From the human T2T-CHM13v2.0 reference genome, Homo sapiens, in NCBI RefSeq assembly GCF_009914755.1, contig NC_060943.1: a stretch of DNA of 64,000 nucleotides, one strand, 5' to 3'. This document shows positions 1 to 26,383 of this stretch, one piece after another. The notes beneath the pieces are model-generated. The model did not search any database and was not told where the DNA came from. It worked only from the letters and a program-made list of their open reading frames with translations. A program made the position numbers and the translations under genes. Numbering within the stretch: position 1 is the stretch's first letter; every line of letters begins with the position of its first letter.

Positions 1-870
1 GGCGTGAAGACGCCGCGGGCTCTTTGAACCTGGCACCCTACTGCCAGCCGTGCGCCTGATTGACAGTTCTCACGACCCCGCCCCATAGCTCTGATTGGAT
101 AGGGCTCCAGGTCCCGCCCCCTGGGCACTGAGTGACAGAAGAAGCGATCACACAGTGCTGAGTCGAGCGGGATGAACGAGTTCCAGGCACAGCCCTTGAC
201 AGGGCAGGCTTCCTCCCTGTGCTGTCCTGATCCCTCCCAGGGAACATTTGCATTTATGCAGAATTACCTGCCCGTACTCAGCAGGCCCTTACTGCCTTTT
301 CCTCCTGGAGAAGGAGTCACAAGTGTTTTGCAGGGAATCCCAGACTCACAGTCCAGTGGAGCCATTCCCCTGGCCTCAGAGCAGAGGGGAGCCCAAGGCC
401 ACACAGGCCACACTGCAGCAGGAGGGTGGCCTGATGTCCACCGGGCATCAGGATTTGAGGATGAGACTCTTGGCGGCAAGGTTAAGCCTTCCTCTCTCAC
501 CTTGCCTCTCAATCTGCTCATTTTCAGCCAAGGAAATAAAAACAAGTCAAGAACGGTATTAAAATATCAAATGTGTGGAAGAACTGAAATCACACGGCAG
601 CAATAAATGAATGAATGAATCAAAACAAAAATACAACAGGAAAAAAAAAGCAAAAACTTGAACTAGTGCAGATAAGCAGCCTGCTGCCCTCATACTTCAG
701 CAAACGTCCCATTCAGGAGGCTAAACATATGCCCAAACTTGGCAGCCACTCTTAACTGTTGAAATGGAACCCCAGAGTGAACCAAAACCTGGTGATGAGA
801 CTGGGACACTGAAGGATTTGACTCTGGGAGCTCAACATACTTCCCTGTGCCCTCTGCAGAGTGTGGAAAT
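1..870 (-). promoter_or_regulatory. ZNF563: Promoter/5' end of a paralogous minus-strand KRAB-ZNF gene (probably ZNF563); gene body lies left of the window
   Basis: CpG-rich start; GC boxes (76-84, 113-120), CCAAT on minus strand (ATTGG 94-98), octamer ATTTGCAT 246-253. Colinear with the ZNF442 promoter (32040-32755 plus 35190-35285). Symbol inferred from recalled gene order ZNF563-ZNF442-ZNF799, not from coding sequence. Confidence 0.65.
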
Positions 871-925
871 GCCCCCACCGTCAAGATGTGCATTTTCACC
901 AACAGGAAAGTTTCATGTAAAGTTA

Positions 926-1303
<378 letters not shown>

Positions 1304-1471
1304 CTAACACATAAATGGTAAATTCTGATTCTATGTGCAGCTTCGTGCTACGTGGAGGCGTGCGCAGGCTGCTGAGGAAGCACCAAAGGGGGCTCCATTT
1401 CTCTCCCTTTGCAGCCTTCAGAATGGGCTCGGTGTAGAGTCACTGGTTCAAACTCTGCTGCCCACTCCAGG

Positions 1472-2350
1472 TGGCTGGGGCTCAGAAAACAATACCCCAA
1501 AAAGAAGACCTTGGAAGAAGCCTCAGAAGCAAAAGTTTTTTCTCCACAGAGGGCAGAGGAAAAACTTAGTCCCATTCTTGGGACTCTTAGTCCTACTCTT
1601 CTATCCAAGGCTAGCCTTAGAAACTAGAATCTCTCTTCTCCAAAGTGGGTCGTAGAATCCAGAACCCTTTTCCCCTAAATCCAGGCATAAAATCAAAACA
1701 TACTACTCTAACTTTCCATTGTCCTTTCTGTGTAAAAACTGGCCATAAGCAAATTAACTGTCCAACTTTGTTTGATTGCAGGTCAGGGTGGCCCTGGGGC
1801 TTCCCTGGGCCACATTGGAAGAAGATGAATCGTCTTGGGCCACATATAAAATACACTAACACTAACAATAGCTAATGAGCTTAAAAATATATAGCAAAAA
1901 CAAAAATTCCTAATGTTTTAAGAAAGATCATGAATTTGTGTTGGGCTGCATCCAAAGCCTTCCTGGGCCATGGGTTGGACAAGCTTGCTGTAGGTCATAA
2001 GACCCTCCATTTCAGAGTGGGTCCTGCCTCATACTGAGAAGGAAGGAATGCATGCTCAGAAAGGCCAAGAACAATCTAGACACACAGGCCTTGTTGGGTT
2101 TCCCCACTCAGTCTGTTAGCATTGGATCATACTCTTTCAATCTAATCACATTTCTACACGGCTGTCCATACATTAAGCCTAAGCATTAAAATGAACAATT
2201 TCCTTTGTATCTCTGGGTCTTCATTCTGAAGCTTCCTGGATATACGCGTTAAATAAAATTTGTATGCTTTTCCTCCAATTAATCTGCCTTCTCTCCAATT
2301 AATTCAGCAAAACATCAGAGGGCAAAAGGGAATGTTCCCCATGGCCTCTG
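1472..2350 (+). mobile_element. MER39-like ERV1 solo LTR interrupted by a MER30 hAT MITE (~1785-1990)
   Basis: Resembles recalled MER39 (GGGGCTCAGAAAACAATACCCCAAA...GGTCATAAGACCC...GAAGGAAGGAATGCATGCTCAG) and MER30 (CTTCCCTGGGCCACATTGGAAGAAG...GGTTGGACAAGCTTG); GTTTGATTG|TAGGTC continuity across the insert. Confidence 0.65.
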
Positions 2351-2784
2351 TAAGAGTCTTCACTTGCTTCTCACCAGCACTGATGAGTTAATTGAAACAA
2401 AGACCCTCAATTCCACTGTTTGAATAAAAAATTGACAATCTTGGGTTTCTTCCTGTGTCTATATATAAAGTAGTGGAAAAAATATATATAAGATATTTAA
2501 TAGGGATTTGGAAACTGGTAAATGGACTGGGCATGGTGCCTTGGGCCTGTAATCCCAGCACTTTAGGAGGCAGGGGCAGGAGGATTGCTTGAGCCCAGGA
2601 ATTGGAGACCAGTCTGGGCAACACGGGGAGATCTTGGTTCCTCAAAAACAAAACAAGGCCAGGCGCGGTGGCTCACACCTGCAATTCCAACACTTTGGGA
2701 GGCTGAGGCGGGCAGATCACAACGTCAGGAGTTCAAGACCAGCCTGACCAACATGGTGAAACCCCGTCTCTACTAAAAATACTA

Positions 2785-3006
<222 letters not shown>

Positions 3007-3545
3007 CTATTATTTTTACCTTAGCAAACTGTTGTGTAAAACAACTAATTAAATGTGAGCTCTCCTCTCTCCTTGGCTTCAGTCACTCCCTGACCTTCAT
3101 AGCTCAGGGTTGACATCATGTGCTCTGTGCCTGGGGATGGACATGTCCCATTTATCCATCTGAAACCCCCTCTCAACCCCAGCCCACACCATTGACCCAA
3201 ACAGTCATATCTGTATCTAAATCCTAAGTATTGTACAAATACATTTTCCTTTTAAGCAAACTGGCCCAGGTTGAATTCACCTGTGGTTCTCATGCCCACA
3301 GTTTCATTTATTCATTTGAAACAGTCTTCTCAGATAGTAATGTCTTGGGTGAGGACACATCCATTTTATTTGCTTCTGTTCTTCTTAACCTGTGTCACTA
3401 CCTGCTCAGTGAGGGCACAGACAGAATATTCTAAGTGACTATCAGCTGCTGTAAATACTGGAGGTCTCAGCACAACCCTGAGAAATCCGCACCAGAGAAA
3501 GGATGTGTGAATAATATTAATGTCACCCCTTACCACAACAGTTAG

Positions 3546-3731
<186 letters not shown>

Positions 3732-4904
3732 TAAAGATAGGGTTTCACCACGTTGGCCAGGCTGGTCTAAACTCTTAGACTCAGATGATCCACCCACCTT
3801 GGCCTCCCAAACTGCTGGGATTACAGGTGTGAGCCACGCTGTCTGGCCATTTTATTTTCCTTTCTGGAAAAAGGCTTTTAAAAATGGTTTTCCGGTTTTC
3901 TGGGGTACTTTCATACACAGCAATACAGATGATAAAAGTAAACATAACACCATTCAGTTTGGTTTCATTTATATGATTTAACTTTTCAACAGTTAAGAAA
4001 CCAAAACATTCTGTCAACCTTAATTGGATTTCCCTGAATCTAAAAAGTGCCAGGAAAAAAATTCTACAAATAAAAACATGTAAGAGTCACTGAGGTGGTA
4101 TGAAGAACCCTGAGAAGGTGACATTTAATGTGAGACATGAAATAATATATTAGTGTAAAAACTCAGGGCAAAGCCAGGTGCAGTGGTTCATACCTGTTAA
4201 CTCCGCCCTTTGAGAGGCCAAGGCTAGAAGTTCAAGACCAGCCTGGGGAACAGAGTAAAACCACCATGTCTACCAATAAATAAATAAATAAATAAAAATT
4301 AGCCGAGCATGGTGGCATAGAACTGTAGTCCTAGCTATTCAGGAGACTGAGGCAGGAGGATCACTTGAGTCTAGGAGGTCAAGACTGGAGTGAGCTATGA
4401 TCACACTGCTGCACTCCAGCTTTGGCAACAGAGTGAGACACTGTCTAAAAAAGAAAGAAAGGAAGAAAACAAACAAACAAAAAACCCTCAGGGCAGAGGA
4501 TTCAGGGTAGATGGCAGGGTACCAAGCATAAAGAAGCTGTCTCCCCACCTAGACAACAGTTTTACTGGCAGAATCTGTCTGATGGAGCTATTTTATTTAT
4601 TCTTATTTTTTGAGACAGAGTCTTGCTCTGACGCCCAGGCTGGAGTGCAGTGGCACAACCTCAGCTCACTGCAACCTCCACCTCCTGGGCTCAAGTGATT
4701 CTTGTGCCTCAGCCTCCTGAGTAGCTGGGATTACAGGTGTGTACCACCACACCCAGTTAATTTTTTGCATTTTTAGTAGAGATGGGGTTTCGCCATGTTG
4801 GCCAGGCTGGTCTTGGACTCCTGAACTCAAGAGATCCACCTGCCTCGGAAAGAGCTGGGATTGCAGGTATGAGGCACCACACCCGGCTTGATGGAGCTAT
4901 TTTA

Positions 4905-5196
<292 letters not shown>

Positions 5197-5439
5197 TCAA
5201 AACAAAACAAAACAAAACAAAACAAAACAACACACTACAGTCTATTGAAGCCTTGAAAATTCCAGAAAATGATTTGGATGGTAAACTGTGGTTAATTGTG
5301 GCCATTTCAACATTCAGCATAGGACCAGCTGGACTTCTCCCCACTACCTCTGTTGCAGGCAGCCATGCACATGTATTTTCCTCCAGTTTGGCAGTGGGGT
5401 CTCTCAGGAGTTTGGCTATGAACTCTAGTGCTGCCATGA

Positions 5440-5935
<496 letters not shown>

Positions 5936-5989
5936 TAATTTCTATCAAAATAGCCACTCTATACAGAGCCTTGACCTGGAAATAAGTTG

Positions 5990-13300
<7,311 letters not shown>

Positions 13301-13489
13301 ATTACATGTATGGAACACTAAGTAGATAGAGCAAGTAGCACAGTAACACGTATAAAATGATCCCTTCCTTTGTGTATTCTAGTTTGTACCAGCACTGTAA
13401 GAGGCTTCCAGATGAGCAGTTCCAGTGGTTAATGTTGGTAGTTCAAAGGGTAACACTGCCCTCTAGGCAACATCGTGGAGGTCTATTTG

Positions 13490-13714
13490 AGATATATTTC
13501 ACTACAAGTTATTCTCATGAATACTTCAATGAAACAGCTCTTATCAAGGCCCCCAGTGACCAAATACTTGCCAAAATCTACAGTCAACCCTTTTTCCTTG
13601 TCTTATTCAAATTCTCAGTGACCTGTGACACAGCTGACCACTCTCCCCATATTGAAATACCTTCTTCTGGAGGCTTCCAGGAGAAGAAACCCATGTTTTC
13701 CTCCTACTACTTCA

Positions 13715-13715
<1 letters not shown>
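13490..13715 (+). mobile_element. L2 LINE reverse-transcriptase fragment
   Basis: Translation ETALIKAPSDQILAK...FLVLFKFSVTCDTADHS resembles the L2/CR1 RT motif ETALxKVxNDL...LILLDLSAAFDTVDHS. Confidence 0.65.
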
Positions 13716-15931
<2,216 letters not shown>

Positions 15932-16048
15932 TATTCAAAAGAAACATCTTAAGGCTTTACCATGTGTTTGCATTCATGAGGCTTATCTCCTATGTGATTT
16001 CTTTCACGTTTCTGAAATGAAATAAAATTAATGAATGCTTTTCCACAT

Positions 16049-17666
16049 TTATAGAGTATCTCTCCAGTGAGTCCTTTTATGTCTATGCAAGGAACTGAGA
16101 GAACTCAGTGCCTTCCCACATTCCTTACATTCATGCATCTTCTCTCCAGTGTGAGTTTTTTCATGTCCTCGAAGGAAACGAGAACGAGTGAAGGCTTTAC
16201 CACATTGTTGACATTCATAAGATTTCTTTCCAGTGTGAATTCTTTCATGTCGCAGAAGGCAAGTGAGCCAAGAGAATGCTTTCCTGCATTCCTTACATTC
16301 ATATGGCTTCTCTCCAGTGTGAATCCTTTCATGGACTTTTAAGTTACCAAAATGACTGAAGGCTTTCTTACATGTTTTACATTCATAAGGTTTTTCAGCC
16401 ATGTGAGTCCTTCTATGTTGAGAAAGGTATGTGAAACAACTGAATGCTTTCCCACATTCCTTACACTCATATGGCTTCTCTCCAGTGTGAGTTGTTTCAT
16501 GATTTTGAAAGGAATAGAAATCAATAAAGGCTTTCCCACATTTACATTTATAGGGTTTCTCTCCAGTGTGAGTTGTTTCATGTCTTCGAAGGGAACTAGA
16601 AATACGGAAGGCTTTACCACATTCTTTACATTCATAGGGTTTCTCACCAGTATGAGTCCTTTCATGTCCTTGAAATACACTGGGATAAATGAAGGCTTTC
16701 CCACATACCTTGCATTTGTGAGGTCCATCTCCAGTGTGCATTATCATATGACTTCGAAAGCTTGAGTGATGAGATAACGCTTTCCCACACTGCTTGCATT
16801 CATAGGGTTTCTCTCCAGTGTGAGTTCTTTCATGACTTTGCAGTGAACTAGGACAATCAAAGCCTTTCCCACATATCTTACATTTATGAGGTCCATCTCC
16901 AGTGTGCCTTATCATGTGTCTTTGAAAGCTTCCCAGATGATGAAATGCTTTCCCGCATTGCTTGCATTCATAGGGTTTCTCTCCAGTGTGAGTTCTTTCA
17001 TGTATTCGAAGGGAACTGGAAACACTGAAGGCTCTTCCACATCGTTTACATTTATAGGGTTTTTCTCCAGTGTGAGTTCTTTCATGTCTTACATAGGAAC
17101 TGTAATCAGGGAAGGCTTTGGAACAGTGCTTGCATTCATATGGTTTCTCCCCAGTGTGTGTTCTTTCATGTCTTAGATAGGAACTGTAAATAGGGAAGGC
17201 TTTACAACACTGCTTACATTCATACGGTTTCTCTCCAGTGTGAGTTCTTTCATGCATACGAAATAAACTAGGCCAAAAAAAGGCTTTCCCACACAACTTA
17301 CATATATAAGGTCCACCTCCACGTTGTACTATTATGTGTCTTCGAAGGTTTCCCGAAGAACTGAAGGTTTTCCCACATTCCTTACAATCATAGCGTTTCT
17401 TTCCAGTGTGAGGTCTTTCCTGTGTTTGAAAGGAGTGGTGATAATTGAAGGCTGTCCCACATTGTTTATGTGTATGTGGCTTCTCTCCATATTCCTGACA
17501 CTCATCTGGTTTGTGTCCAGCATCAAATGTGATATAGCAATTAAGGAATGAACAACCCATGATTTCTCCACACACACTGCTTTTACATGGATCTACTCCA
17601 GGAGGTTTTTCATTCACAGTACTATCTGGCTGGCGACTTTCACTAAATCTCTCTATGATATGACAT
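16049..17666 (-). CDS. ZNF442: ZNF442 last coding exon: spacer plus 16 C2H2 finger units
   Basis: ORF 16049..17677 with TGEKPY-linked fingers ending [10 protein letters not shown]; acceptor ttttacag at 17667. Exons 78+127+61+1618 = 1884 nt = 627 aa, matching the recalled ZNF442 protein. Confidence 0.95.
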
Positions 17667-17851
17667 CTGTAAAACATGAGAAGTATATTAATAAAGGTTT
17701 ATTTATAAATGACTTTATGTTTATTAGTAGGTACTGGATTTACATTTTTACATCATCATGCAACGTGTAGGCTTCATGCACTGCTTGAACGTGAATGGAC
17801 TGAATGTTGTACAAGATAACTCGACCCCAGCTGTTTTCTTGACAATGATAA

Positions 17852-18150
<299 letters not shown>

Positions 18151-18357
18151 GAATTCTTAATATTGTTTCTAAGGGAACTATTTTTGCAAACACTGAATAG
18201 TTATATCACATTTAAGTATATGTTTCTGGAGAAAATTGTATAGGAATAAATAAGTTTGTACTGGGCTCGTTCATTTTCTTTGCCTAGTTGTATAATTTCC
18301 TGTCATCCTAAGAATTGCTCCACAGATATATGTCTTTCTCTTGTGAGTGCAAATTAC

Positions 18358-18418
18358 CTTAGGCTCCTCCTGGGATTTCTGTGCTGATCTTCAATGTTTG
18401 TGTCTTCCCATTTCATTC
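18358..18418 (-). CDS. ZNF442: ZNF442 KRAB-B exon (61 nt)
   Basis: ttttag|GAATGAAATGG...CTAAG|gtaatt; encodes GMKWEDTNIEDQHRNPRRSLR. Confidence 0.93.
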
Positions 18419-18524
18419 CTAAAAGGTGGACACAGAAAAAACACTGTAGATTATTATAAAATTCTAAAAACACTACAAGATTTTATGTACAATGGAATCA
18501 TGCATGATTCATTCACTGAATTGT

Positions 18525-19528
<1,004 letters not shown>

Positions 19529-20029
19529 TCATAAACTTTGCATACTATTATTTCTAAGCAATGATTCAATGACATGGTAAATCCACCCTTATTCTCTGTC
19601 TACAATCACTTTCTCCAACACAGCAATTCTGATGCTAGAATTGAATGTTGTTGTACACATAATAGTCAAATAGGAACAAGTCTCTTTTTGATGACTTAAA
19701 TGAGTGAATTTTATTGCCGGCATCATCCCTAATGTCTACTTTATAGTGGGTCTGTATTTCCTGTCGTGACAAAGTCCTACTACTTACTGTACAAGAATAG
19801 GAGTCCTGAGATTGTATATATTTACAAATGCTGGTTAACAAAATTGGATCCTTCGTGTACTCTAGGCACTGGATTTATAGAGGGTCTCCACCAACATAAC
19901 TAATAACAGGTGCTGAGTGTGCATAAACTGTTTATGGAGAAAGTATAGTATTTGCTTAACTCTTACCTTCTCTTCGGGAGCTTGGAATTTTGTTACATGC
20001 TCAGCAGTGGGAGCATAGCTGATCAGCCA

Positions 20030-20452
20030 ATGCTAGGTTTGAATGTTTGTCCCCACCAAAATGCATGCTGAAACTTAATCCCCAATGTGACAGTAATGAA
20101 AGATGGCGCTTGAAGAGGTTATTGGGTCTTGAGGATTTGGATCTCAAGAAAATCAAGATTAATCCATTCTTGGATTAATGGCTTAAAGAATAAATGGGTA
20201 GTGACAGAGTTGGACTTATGTCCCTATGAGAAGAGAAAGAGACCTGGGCTAGACACTCAGCTCCCTCATCACATGACGCCCTGTGCCACACAGGGACTCG
20301 ACAGAGTCTCCACCAGCAAGGAGGTTCTCACCAGATATCCAGCCTTGACTTTGGACTTCCCAGCCTCCAGAACCACAAAATATATACACTGTTTCATTTA
20401 AATCATCTAGCTTCAGGTATTCTGTTATAAGCAACAAAAAACACACTAAGGT
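20030..20452 (+). mobile_element. MST-type MaLR solo LTR nested in an older LTR; paralogous copies at ~50902-51312 and ~60432-60832
   Basis: TGCTAGGTTTGAATGTTTGTCCCC...GGACTTCCCAGCCTCCAGAAC...TATTCTGTTATAAGCAAC, typical of MST LTRs; same position in all three ZNF units. Confidence 0.75.
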
Positions 20453-21357
20453 AGACACAAAGAAACACTCTGGGCACTGAGTCTCTAATGAATGACATCC
20501 ATAAATAACTTTTCAAAATGTTTATTGCAACATGTTACTTGGGGATTCAGCCCATCCTATGTGATTACACTAAGAGAGAACATTTAGAAGCCAGCAACAG
20601 GTTTCCTCTAGATCAAATGTAGCAAAGCAAGACAAAAGACTAATAAAAGATGCTTCACCATCCCAATGCAAGAATTTTAAACTTTTTATTAGGTAATGTC
20701 AAAGGAGAATAATGGGGACAGATTGCACATGTTCTTAGAAAGAACTCAATGTTACCTCTCATGAATATCGATAATATTCCCTAAATAGCTAAATCAGAAC
20801 TTTAGTAGTCAACAAAAAAAGATATCCCCAAAACTAACAGAAGTCACAAATGTATAAAAATGCTAAAAACTTTCTCACCAACAAAGTTACGGCTTTACAA
20901 GAACAGATAAAGAATTTTTTTTTTTTTTGGAGGGGGGAGACAGAGCCTTGCTCTGTTGCCTAGGCTGGAGTGCCCTGGCACGATCTTGGCTCACTGCAGT
21001 CTCTGTCTCCCAGGCTCAAGCAATTCTCCTGCCTCAGCCTCCTGAGTAGCTGGGATTACAGGCGTGTGCCAGCACACTCAGCTAAAACATTTATGATGAT
21101 TCATTTCAACTTAACGCACAGTAAATATAGTTTATCTTCATTATTTTCTTATTAACATTATTTTCTCTAGCTTACTTTACTGTGAGAATATAGTACGCAA
21201 TACGTATGACAGACAATATATGTGTTAATCAATTGTTTTTGTGACCAATAAGCCTGCCAGTCAACTGAAGGTTAGCTGTGGTGAACAAAAAGTTATATGA
21301 ATATGTACAGACCTCAAGATTAAATGAGAAAAAAAATACGTATTAAAGACAAAACTA

Positions 21358-21872
<515 letters not shown>

Positions 21873-21981
21873 TAATTTTTGTATTTTTAGTAGAGATGGG
21901 GTTTCACCATGTTGGTCAGGCTGGTCTTGAACTCCTGACCTCGTGATCTGCCCGCCTCAGCCTCCCAAAGTGCTGGGATTA

Positions 21982-22203
<222 letters not shown>

Positions 22204-22584
22204 CTACCTGGGAGGCTGATGCCTGTAGTCCCAGCTACCTAGGAGGCTGAGGTGGGAGGATCACCTGAACCCAGGGAAGCAGAGGCTGCAGAGAGCCTGG
22301 ATGACATCACTGTACTCTAGCCTGGGCAACAGAATGAGACCCTGTCTCCCCTCAACCTCCCAAAACAAAGAAAAGAAAGTAGATTTCAAATGAGGAGTCT
22401 TCCAAATTCAACTATATTAAAATTAGGCATAGTGGCTCACACCTTTAATTCCAGCATTTTGAGAGGCTGAGGTGGGAGGATCCCTTAAGCCCAGGAGTTT
22501 GGGGCTGCAGTGAGCTGTGATGGCGCCACTGAACTCTAGCCTGGGGTCACGGAGCAAGATTCTATCTCAAAAAAAAGTCCATCA

Positions 22585-23091
<507 letters not shown>

Positions 23092-23390
23092 TCAACACCA
23101 ATGCTAATCAGCAAAAACCAATGGAGATATATAAAACATAAATCTTTACAAGGCATAAACACACACACATACATGGTCTGAGAGCTGATCTACACCTGCT
23201 ATTAGGATTTCCTCATAAATTTAAACTATCCATAATCTACAATACAACAATTTTTTCCCAATGAATAGTATCCCAATGAGTTAAAAAAGTCATGAAGTGT
23301 TAGCACTTAGGGACAAAAAAAGAATATTTTCAACAACATCATAAGGTTAACCTGAAAGAACTCAAGTCCCATGAACAGTGAAATGTGTGA

Positions 23391-24015
<625 letters not shown>

Positions 24016-24049
24016 TAATTCAGTAGGACTAGAGTATAATCCTGAAATG

Positions 24050-24905
24050 TGCATTCCTTTTTAAATTTTGATGTTGTTTGTACATATTCACGGGGTACAG
24101 GTCTAATGTTGCCACAATGATATAGTGCATTGTGGTGAATGAAGTCAGAGCCTTCGGTGCATCCATCACTGCAGCAAAGCACATGCATCCACCAAGCAAC
24201 TGCCCATCATCCACCATCCTCCACCCTCCTAGAGTCTCCACTGACCATCATTCCACACTCTGCTTCCATGTTTACACATTATTTACACGTGGGAGGTATA
24301 TTTGCCCACCTTTTTTTTTTTTTTTTTGAGATGGAGTTTCGCTCTGTCGCCCAGGCTGGAGTGCAATGGCGCGATCTCGGCTCACTGCATCCTCTGCCTC
24401 CTGGGTTTAAGCAATTCTCTGCCTCAGCCTCCCAAGTAGCTGGGATTACAGGCACCCACCACCATGCCTGGCTAAATTTTTTTGCATTTTTAGTAGAGAC
24501 GGGGTTTCACCATCTTGGTCAGGCTGGTCTTGAACTCCTGACCTCATGATCCACCTGCCTTGGCCTCCCAAAGTGCTGGGATTACAGGCGTGAGCCACCG
24601 TGCCTAGCCTACTCACCCACTTTTAAGTGAGTACATGTGGTATTTGTCTTTCTGTGTCTGAATTGTTTTGCTTAAGATAATTGCCTCCCAATCCATCCTT
24701 GCTGTCACAAAGGACATGATTTCATTCTTTTTCATGGCTGAATAGTATCCCAATGAGTATACACACCACGTTTTATTTACCCAATCCTCCACTTAGGTCG
24801 ATTCCCTTATCTTTGCTTTGTGAATAGTGCTGCAATATGCAGATAAGTGCAGGTATCTTTTTGGTGTACTGATTTCTTTTCCTTTGGATAGATACCCAGT
24901 AGCAT
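24050..24905 (-). mobile_element. L1MA-type 3' UTR fragment with an Alu insertion
   Basis: Antisense L1 3' end motifs (TATTTGTCTTTCTGTGTCTG...ATTTCATTCTTTTTCATGGCTGAATAGTAT...TAGATACCCAGTAG). Confidence 0.7.
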
Positions 24906-26107
24906 ATCTGAGACACTCAGCATAATACTGAGTGCATATTAATGGTAACATTAACTAACTGAAAACAGAAAAGAGGCAAAACTATGCTACTGGATAAATA
25001 CACACTGAATCTATAATGAGCAACAAAATACAAACTCTAGGTCAGTTATGCTTCTGACCTGTAGTGTCTTACCTCACACAACTTCTGACAACAAATGTAT
25101 GGCATTTGCTGAACACCAATTCTCCAACAAAAACTGGTATCCACCCCACATTAGTACAGACCCCACAAGTTGAGGGTTGAATGTCACAACCAATCAGCCA
25201 CCAGGCAGATGCCAGTGGCAAGCCCCAGAGACCATCCTTTTAATCAAATGTGTATAAAACCAATGACTCCCTCTACAGGGTCAATAATGTGCCAAGCCAA
25301 CCCACAGAACTCAGCAAGTCACTCTGCTTAAGGTTGTCAGTTTGTTATAAAGGATATCTCAAGAATAGCCAAAAAGAGAGAGGCACAGCAAAGGAAGGGG
25401 AGGGATTGGCAAACCTTCCCCTCTTGGCTGACATTACCCACCCAGCAAATCCAAATACATTTTTTATTATATCAAAGACCCAGATAAACTCTCAGATTCA
25501 TAAACCCTTTTTCCATCAGGCAGAATCAAAAGGTGTCTTTCTCTAAATCAGCTGTGACAGACTTTTTAATTTGTACTGATTATACCAACTGAGTGAATGC
25601 AAAACCAGGCTGCTGATAATGTTGAATTTTACCCAAGGCCTGTAATTCTAGTAAATAAGTAAGATGACAGAAAATCACCTCAACTCCCCAAGCCCAGTTC
25701 TTTGTGTTCTGGACAAGCAGCCGTAAAACAAAACAAAATAAAAGCACCCTTTGCTTACATAGATTATGCCCCTCCCCCCTTCTCTAAACTATAACTCAGC
25801 CAGATAAAGAACCTCCAAATTCCCATTTTTTATCTTATGATTAGCTGAGCAGTTTTGTCTTCACTGATCATACTGAACAAAATACATCTAAAGAAAACTT
25901 TGCTTAAGTTTTTCTCCTTGCTCCAGGACCGTGAACTTTGACTCATCCTCAGCCTGAGCCAGCACAAAACCCCTCCTTCATAACCCATCTTAAGAACAGA
26001 CTTAGGTTAGAGCAAAACACTCTCTGAACTAGAATCTGATTCTCGGCCCGGCGTGGTTGCTCACACCTGTAATCCCAGCACTTTGGGAGGCTGAGGCAGG
26101 CAGATCA

Positions 26108-26383
<276 letters not shown>

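Noticed and set aside
16049-17400. 84-bp periodic repeat-spacer pattern resembling a CRISPR array
   Set aside because: It is the TGEKPY-linker periodicity of a eukaryotic zinc-finger exon; no cas genes.
16067-17577. Plus-strand and alternative-frame ORFs over the finger exons (also 46216-47604 and 56778-58499)
   Set aside because: Shadow frames expected from repetitive C2H2 codon usage; no independent start or splice context.
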